A stretch of DNA of 64,000 bases, from positions 5,022,001 through 5,086,000 of the forward strand of contig OX597831.1 in assembly GCA_951406725.2 (NCBI GenBank), in the 5' to 3' direction. This stretch comes from Octopus vulgaris (lineage: Eukaryota). The notes beneath the pieces were generated by a model. That model was not told the origin of the DNA and made no database searches. It was given only the letters and a program-made list of their open reading frames with translations. The first letter of the stretch is position 1, and every line of letters begins with the position of its first letter. A program made the translations under genes and the position numbers. Shown one piece after another: positions 54,995 through 64,000 of the stretch.

Positions 54995-55212
54995 CAAGAG
55001 GGTGCCGAAAAGTTCCTGGCTGTGGGTAAAAAGAAATACACGAAGATCAGTTAATTATGATTTTATTCAATATATTGCCCTCTCAGATTCATACACTTAT
55101 TGCAGCGGTCGTTCAATTTTCCCAAGCCCTGGAAAAGAAGTCGGAAGGCTGGGTCTCCAACCAGGCCTTTCGTGACACCCTTCAAGTCAGGAACTTTTTC
55201 AACACCCTCTCG
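54995..55212. mobile_element. Mariner-type MITE (218 bp)
   Basis: About 28-bp imperfect terminal inverted repeats (caagagggtgccgaaaagttcctggct / agtcaggaactttttcaacaccctctcg) with TA on both sides. Confidence 0.85.
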
Positions 55213-55763
55213 TATATGTATAACTACATACATAAACATATGTAAAAGCTCGTGGCACTCATGATCGCGAGATTTCGGTTTCAGTCGCCAGACAAGCAGC
55301 GCATTGTGTTCTCGACCAAAGCACACCATATCACGTTACTCCTGACGACGGGAGCCAGTTTTACCGTAATGCTTAAATGCATCTACTACTGGTTGCATAT
55401 CAGTGATTTTCTGTGCACTCTTTCCACTATGGACATTACAACTATTACGTGAGTCCGAGCCCCACGAAACAGCAGTCGGACTTGAAACACCATGCCTTCT
55501 CCCCTTACTTTTTAATTTATTTTTGTCCTCCATGTAAATATATCCTGTAAATATTTTTATGCTTATACACGAGTGATCATCTGAATAATTTCAATCTTGT
55601 TTCTCTCTATATATCTATATATCCCTATATATATATATGTACGTGTATATGTATGTATATTTTACATATCAATCCAAGGCGTTTTTATCTTCATCAGTGT
55701 ATATATATATATATGTGTGTGTGCGTGTGCGTGTGCGTGTGTGTGTGTATGCTTGCATGTATG

Positions 55764-55796
<33 letters not shown>

Positions 55797-55997
55797 ATAT
55801 TATATATATATATTTGATATAATAAATAATATCGAGATTAATCAGCCGAAATTGCGAGGATGATCCGGTTCTTGACTGAAGATAAAAGGCTTCGAATGAC
55901 CCGTCCGTGTTTTTTCGTATCGTCTATCTGGATGTTTTGTTGTCCCTTTTTTGTATCACCTCGTTGTCCGGATGTTTTGCGTTCTTGTCCCATTTTG

Positions 55998-56038
<41 letters not shown>

Positions 56039-56699
56039 TGTGTATGTATGTATGTATGTATGTACATGTGTGTGTGTGCGCGCGTATCACACACACACAT
56101 ATATAGAGAGAGCGTATGTGTAACTTTTCTTTTAGACATGTTGGATTGAAAACGCCAGTGTGTTCTAATTCAATCTTTTTTATTAGTTTTTGCTTCTAAG
56201 TTCCTTATAGTTCGTTTTGGAAATGTCTCTAAATCCTTGTTTATCAACATTTCCAGGCTATCGCATTCACCCCCATCATCAGCTTGGGAAATGTTTTTGA
56301 CCCATGTACTGCTCCTTTGTATAATGGATGCCTTATGTTTATACACAATTTCCCGCCAACATTTAACCGTTAAGGCATTAGAGTTCTTAATCACTGGATT
56401 TACATTTGTGGTGCATGTTTGTTGTACGCTAATCTGGAGCTTCACTTGAGGCCTACTTTCTAGCTAGCTAGATAGCTACAGTTCAAAACAAAAGACTATA
56501 TAAACACAGACGTTTAGTATACACTAGATACGTAGCTGATACCCTAGTATTAATGAACACATCAAAAGAAATTGAGAAGTTAAAGGAGAACCTCTTGAAA
56601 CTACTCAGAACTAAAATTCAATATCTAAAGCAATACCCATACAAGTCCACTTCTAGACATAGACATTCAGATTTAAAAATAGTAGCTACATAATCTTTT

Positions 56700-56885
56700 G
56701 CGTCTTCCAGTCATTAGACTGCGGCCATGTTGCGTCACCATCTCGAAGACGTTTGGTCAAACGATTTTATCTTACTGCTTATCTTTAAAAAGAGTGGTAC
56801 TTATTCTGTCGTAACCATTAAGTTACGGGGACGCAAACACACCAACATCGGTTGTCAAGCGCTGGGGGTGACACAGACAGAAACA
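56700..56885 (-). mobile_element. SINE family A, diverged 3' half
   Basis: cagtcattagactgcggccatg...taagttacggggacgcaaacacaccaacatcggttgtcaagcg. Confidence 0.75.
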
Positions 56886-56893
56886 TACACACA

Positions 56894-57215
<322 letters not shown>

Positions 57216-57499
57216 TATATATACACAAGTATATACGACAGGTTTCTTTCAGTTCTGTCTACCGAATCCATTCAAAAGACTTTGGTCAGCCCGCGGCTAT
57301 ACTAGAAGACACTTTCTCAATGTGCGAAAGAATATAGTACAGGCAGAAATATTATACGACAAATACCTTAGACAGTAAAGCAACTAAAAATACACATATT
57401 AAACACGAATAGTATCATAAGAAGGAAATGCATATGAAGTATAGAATAGACGAATACATAATCAAAAAGCATAAAAAGAAACAAAAGACATCACACCAG

Positions 57500-58110
57500 A
57501 CTATAATACAACACTAGTAATATATTACAAAGACAAATGAGATCAAAAACCTCCTTATTAACAGCACACCATGGGAATGTAAACCTGAGAACAAAGGTAG
57601 AATGATCGATGTAATTTATCAATTTGAGTGCAAAGGTGAAAGTCGCAAACTTCCTAGATACAACTGTTACACTGGCCATGCACGTAAGACAAAAAGCAGT
57701 TGCAAATCTCCACGCCATACATCATAAAAGAAAGCTAGATAGGAAAATATCAACAGAAAATACTAGCAAACTTAATAGAATTCCCCATAGATAGAAGGTT
57801 GCATATAAAAACAATGCGATATGGCGACACAAGACAAGAATTAACGCACAACATATAAAAGTCACAAATGTAAATCCGATGACGTAAATCTCTGAAGCGT
57901 TGACGGTCGAATTCTAGCAGAAAGGTTTCTATAAGCATAAGGTGTCCAGTGTCAAAAAAGGGAGCAACAGGAACGACACAACTCCAGATCCTGAAAATGT
58001 GGGTAAAATAGTTTAGAAATATCGATGAAGATGAAGCTGGGTGTTTTAATATCCGAAACGAACTTTAAATATCTGCTACACAGATACGAGGAAACTTTAA
58101 TTAAAATGAC
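57500..58110 (+). mobile_element. Decayed Penelope-like element: GIY-YIG endonuclease remnant and 3' region
   Basis: Frameshifted TLVIYYKDK...DVIYQFECKGESRKLPRYNCYTGH...HHKRKLDRKISTENT...DRRLHIK. A degenerate hammerhead lies at 57988-58026. Confidence 0.6.
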
Positions 58111-58151
58111 TGAATTACAAAATTGGTTATTTAATCCTCTTCACCCCACAG

Positions 58152-58191
<40 letters not shown>

Positions 58192-58219
58192 GCTAGCTAG
58201 CTAGCTAGCTAGCTATCTT

Positions 58220-58343
<124 letters not shown>

Positions 58344-58593
58344 TATATGTGTATATACATATATATAGAAGTATATATAAATATATATATATATATATAT
58401 AAATGTATGCATATATATATATGTATATGTATGCATATATATGCATATATATACCTGTATATGTATATATATATATATAGAGATGTATATGTATACATAT
58501 ATATGTATATATGTATATATATATATATATATAAATATATATATGCATATATATCTATACATCTATATATCTATATCTATCTATCGCTATATA

Positions 58594-58645
<52 letters not shown>

Positions 58646-59266
58646 TATATATATATGGACTGTATGAAGCTGATACATCAGTGTTTTTCCATAGTTTCCT
58701 CTTCACTGAATTTTATTCAGGCGACAGTTTTGATGAAGACTGGAATTTAACCTGGTTACTTCAGGCCATATGAATGAAATATCCTATTCTGGGACAGATA
58801 ATGCCCAGCTTATATACGTTACTAAACTCCCGTTTTCCAAGCGAGATCCCTAAATACGTAATGCTTAACAATTCCCCACGCACCAGCGATTCTTACTTTC
58901 TGGTAGTAAATGTTGTCCAGTTTAGATTTCATAAATATCCGTCACAGGTATGTGTTTGAGGCAGGAAAGACTTTTTTTTTTTTTTTTGTAAATAAGTAAT
59001 AAATGTTTCGCTTTTTCGTCCCAGATGTTATGTGGCATGTTTGGTGTTCTGCATTCCTCTTTAGTGCATGGGTTACTTCAGTTTCCACTGACAATTTTAT
59101 GGTTTCGCTTTCTAGACAAACCTTCAATTTATGGTGACATCTTTGATGTCACATTCTCTAAGATTCCAGATTCCTCCATTGTATACGGTGTGCATATCGT
59201 GATACCGGCATTTGAAAATGCCTATCTATCTATCTATTTCTCTCACTCTCTCTCTCACTCTCTCTC

Positions 59267-59396
<130 letters not shown>

Positions 59397-59717
59397 TATG
59401 CATATACATACTGTGGTATATATATAGATGTAAAATATTTCACAAACATATTTTAACTAGTCTGAAGTTCATATGTATGTGTGTATGTATGTATGTATGT
59501 ATGTATGTATGTATGTATGTATGTATGTATGTATGTATGTATGTATGTATGTATGTATGTATGTATATATATGCATATATATATATATATTTATATATAT
59601 ATATAGATATATATATATGTATATATATATATAATACGGAAACACACATTTGTTATATATATATAGATATATACATACATACACATGTACACACACACAT
59701 AGATGTGTGTGTGTGTA

Positions 59718-59783
<66 letters not shown>

Positions 59784-60324
59784 GCAGTTAGTAAATATAT
59801 ACATCCGATACCAACGACTGTGTGGTGTTTGTTCTCAGTATATAGAAACTAAAAGTGAAATATTAATCCTGCCAATGTCAAACGTTACTGTTAATTATTA
59901 ATTAAACTCAACTGATTAGTCACATTAGCAATTATTAATACATTAATTTATTCAATTTTATTTTATTTTATTCATTTTTGTTTAATTATCCTGGGACATA
60001 TTGGATTTTGTTACGATTATAGCAGCTACTGGTTAAAATGGTGGTATGTAACGATACGGAAATAATTTCATTGAAGTGAATTTCGTCTCTTTTACTCGTG
60101 TCTCTATTGTTATTTCTTTCATATAACAAATATACAAACAGGCGTGTTTTTGTTTGTTTTTGTTAACGAAGTGTCTATGTAATGTTTGGGTCCGTATCTA
60201 ACAATTTATGCTTCAGACTTCCACCGTTCATGAAAATATCAAGCTCTTTGCCTACTGACATTGGCTGCCTGGATGTGGCAATTAATCAGTCTATCTGTCT
60301 ACCTATTTTATCAGTCAATCAATT

Positions 60325-60342
60325 TATCTATCTATCTATCTG

Positions 60343-60417
<75 letters not shown>

Positions 60418-60458
60418 GTCTGTCTGCCTGTCTGTCTATCTGTCTATCTGTCTATCTG

Positions 60459-60509
<51 letters not shown>

Positions 60510-60578
60510 GTCCATCTGTCTCTCTATCTATCTATCTGTCCATCTGTCTGTCTATCTATCTATCTGTCCATCTGTCGG

Positions 60579-60628
<50 letters not shown>

Positions 60629-60670
60629 CATCTATCTAGCTGTCTATCTATCTGTCTGTCTGTCTGTCTA
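60325..60670. repeat. (TCTA)/(TCTG)n microsatellite
   Basis: Directly visible. Confidence 0.95.
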
Positions 60671-60849
60671 TTTGCTTTTCTCTTTGTCTGACAATCTACC
60701 TCCTTATCGAGCTATTTAACCAGCTAGCTATCCCTCTGTCTATCTCTTTGTCTGTCTATCTTTCTATCTACCAACCAGTCTGTTTTTGTCTCCCTATTAG
60801 CCTGTCTAATTATATGTGTATGTGTGTGTGTATCAATCTATTCTGTACT

Positions 60850-60882
<33 letters not shown>

Positions 60883-61078
60883 TATGCTTTCCCAGTAAAT
60901 TAGGTATCCACTTCGTTTTCTCTCCACTCACTTTTCACTTTCAACCTTCTACCTTCCACCTTTCTCTCTTCCTCTCTGTCTCTCTCCATCTCGAATGATG
61001 TATGCATAGGTTTGTTTGTATCACTCTCTCACCCTCTTTCCCTCCTTCGTCTATCCTTCTCTCTCTGTCTCTCTGTAC

Positions 61079-61172
<94 letters not shown>

Positions 61173-61999
61173 TAGATATAGATACATATATATAGGTATA
61201 TATATATATACATATATATATATATGTATATATGTGTATATATATATGTGTATATGAGTATGTTTATATATGTGTATATATATCTATATATATATATGTG
61301 CATACATATATACATATATATATATACATATACATATATATACACGCACACACACATATATATATATGCACCTATATACACATATATATATATATCATAT
61401 GTCAGAGAGCTTTTGTGTAATCTTTTGCAATATAGTTTTTAAAAATCAATTTACACTCTGTAATTACAGTGTAATCAATTAAGCTTACATTTTAATTGGC
61501 TTTCATGAAATTAATTATCATATAACTTACATCAATAGTCCCCCACACCACCACCACCACCACCACCACCACCAACGCCACCACCACCACATCAACATTA
61601 TATCAGCCTCTCCACTTCTATTAGCTATCGTTATTATTATCACCCAGCATAACACATCGCTACTTCAACCACGACTTCACTTTACCTCATCACCACCATC
61701 ACCACCACCACCACCACAACAATAACAGCAATAACAACAACAACAACAACATTAACAACTACCAGTAAAACTATTGTGACGGTCGCCGCCGCCGCCACCA
61801 CCACCATCACCATCATTATCATCATAACGAACATCATTAACGAAAGCAAGTTTTATCAACATCATTGTTAATGGAATTAAAGCGGGAACATCTCAAACAA
61901 CGATGTATTGAGAAAGGCAGCCATTGTTAATATTATTACATCGACGATTTATCGCAACGCAGATATTATTATCACGACTGTTGTTAATATTATTAATAT

Positions 62000-62635
62000 C
62001 AGTTTCAATTTTTGGCACACGGCCAGCAGTTTTGGGGAGTGGGTAAGTCGATTAGATCGACCCCAGTTTTCAACTGGTACTTTATGTTATTGGCCCCGAA
62101 AAGAATGAAAGGCAATGTTGACCCCAGTGGAATTTGAACTCAGAACGTAAAGACGGGAGAAATACCGTTAAAAATTTTGGCCGGCGTGCTAACGATTCTG
62201 CCAACTCGCAGCCTTACGACTATTAGTAATATCGGCTACAAATTTTAGCACTGAGCCAGCAATTTCGAGAGAGGGAATAAGTTGATTAGATCGACTACAG
62301 TGCGAAACTGGTACTTTATTTTATCGGCTACGAAAGGATGAAAGGCAATGTCGACCTCGGTGGAATTTGAACTCAGAGCGTAAAGACGGACGAAATACCT
62401 ATTTCTTTACTAACCACAAGGGGCTAAACACAGAAGGAACAAACAAGGACAGACAAACGGATTAAGTCGATTATATCGACCCCAGTGCGTAACTGGTACT
62501 TAATTTTATCGACCCCGAAAGGATGAAAGGCAAAGTCGACCTCGGCGGAATTTGAACTCAGAACATAGCGGCAGATGAAATACCGTTAAACATTTTACCC
62601 GGTGTGCTAACGATTCTGCCAGCTCGCAACCTTAC
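62000..62635 (-). mobile_element. SINE family B cluster, three units including a dimer joined at about 62398
   Basis: Matches the family consensus, with the same junction as at 42965. Confidence 0.85.
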
Positions 62636-62665
62636 AACTATTGTTAGTATTATCACAGAGTATAA

Positions 62666-62880
62666 AGCGGAGATCTAGCAGAATCGTTAGCATGCCGGGT
62701 GAAATGCTTAGCGGTATTTCATCTGTCTTTACATTCTGAGTTCAAATTCCGCCGAGGTCGACTTTGCCTTTCATCGTTTGAGGGTCGATAAATTAAGTAC
62801 CAGTTGTGTACTGGGATAGACCTAATCGACTGGCCACCTTCCCCAAAATTTCGGGCCTTGTGCCTAGGTTAGAAAAGGAT
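62666..62880 (+). mobile_element. SINE family B
   Basis: gcagaatcgttagcatgccgggtgaaatgcttagcggtatttc...gagttcaaattccgccgaggtcgac. Confidence 0.85.
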
Positions 62881-63182
62881 ATCATCATAGAGTATAATTA
62901 TAACTGCACCTCATCAATGCGGTTCAGCTTCCGGTCACAATCCACTGATCAGTTTTCTGGATGTCAGTAAGAGATACCAAATGAATGAGGCTCAGTCCCA
63001 AAACCTGCAATCAATTAATCTAGCTCAGCTGCTCTCAAATGTCGTCCGTATGACCCTTGGCAATCCATTTAAGATTTTGTAGTTAAGATTTATGCGCAAT
63101 GAATTAATTATATTTCTACAACACTGAAAATATTTCAACGATATTTTAATGTAATTCCTAATAATATTTAATTATTAATTAA

Positions 63183-63635
63183 GGCAGCCAGCTGGCAGAA
63201 CCATAAGCATGCCGGACAAAATACTTAGCGGCATTTCGTCCGTCATTGCGTTCTGTGTTCAAATTCTGCCGAGGTCGAATTTGCCTTTCATCTTTTCGGG
63301 GTCAATAAAACAGATATCAGTTGAAGACTGGTGGGGGGGGGGTCAATGTGATCGACTTATACCCACCCACTCCCCGAAATTGCTGGCCTTGTGCCAAAAC
63401 ATGAAACCGATAGTTGTGAGGAGGCGAGCTGGCAGAATCGTTAACACGCCGAACAAAATACTTAGAGGCATTTCGTCTGCCTTTGCGGACTGTGTTCAAA
63501 TTCCACCGAGGTCGACTTTGCCTTTTGTCCTTTCAGATTCGATGAAATAAATACCAGTTGAATACTGGGGTCGATTTAATTAACTTACTCCCTCACCGGA
63601 AATTCCTGTCCTTGTGCCAAATTTTGAAGCCAGTA
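63183..63635 (+). mobile_element. Two SINE family B copies
   Basis: Heads at about 63183 and 63421. Confidence 0.85.
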
Positions 63636-63857
63636 TTTAATTGTAAAAACATAAGATTTTGTCACATGTAAACAAACATAAGTCTGTTTTTGAAGCGTTG
63701 AAATGTATTGTAGAAAAAGTAAAAAGATAAATTTTATTCCAACACGCAAATACTAAACAGTATATACAAAGGATAAAATCTTTGCCGGTAAATTTCTCTG
63801 CTCCTAAAAGGATTTTATCCTTTATATATACTGTTTAGTATTTTTTTTAAATTTATG

Positions 63858-64000
63858 CGCCCTTTTCAAGCCTAGCCAGGCTCATGGGCCCGCTTTCCCG
63901 GTTTCTATGGCGTATGTGTTCCCCCCAGCTGGACGGGACGCCAGTCCATCGCAGCGTTACTCAAGAAACAGGAAGAAAGAGTGAGAGAAAGTTGGAGCGA
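63858..64000 (-). mobile_element. SINE family D-type 3' tail, cut by the window end
   Basis: Minus strand reads gcgatggactggcgtcccgtccagc...atagaaaccggg. The purine-rich segment matches 11085-11105. Confidence 0.6.

Noticed and set aside
56170-56449. Non-repetitive 91-aa minus-strand ORF
   Set aside because: No recognisable domain or splice context. It may be a decayed transposon fragment.
59860-59950. TAAT-rich cluster as an enhancer (also 61470-61520)
   Set aside because: Too AT-rich for the motifs to be informative without conservation data.

Overview
AT-rich eukaryotic DNA saturated with microsatellites ((TA)n, (CA)n, (AAT)n, (GATA)n, (GA)n) and short interspersed repeats. The repeat landscape suggests an octopus (coleoid cephalopod) genome, which is an inference. 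Almost all ORFs in the supplied track are microsatellite translation artefacts. The only host coding sequence I can support is one 179-bp exon of an Nkx6 (NK6/HGTX) homeobox gene (54472-54650, +). No other Nkx6 exon is recognisable, so most of the window may be very long Nkx6 intron. Mobile DNA includes several tRNA-headed SINE families, remnants of RTE, CR1/L2-type, R4/Dong-type and Penelope-like retroelements, and mariner-, pogo/Tigger-, piggyBac- and Helitron-like non-autonomous elements. The most notable observations are: (1) type I hammerhead ribozyme motifs from at least four sequence families, in Penelope-like terminal repeats embedded in (TA)n, including an inverted pair and an inverted-plus-tandem triple cassette; (2) a SINE that appears to insert as concatemers with recurrent fixed junctions under a single target-site duplication; (3) a SINE and LINE sharing a structured 3' tail; (4) (TAA)n-embedded Dong-like insertions; (5) a motif-dense candidate enhancer. 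Repeat boundaries are approximate, family names rest on motif recognition without database searches, and ribozyme activity is predicted, not shown.
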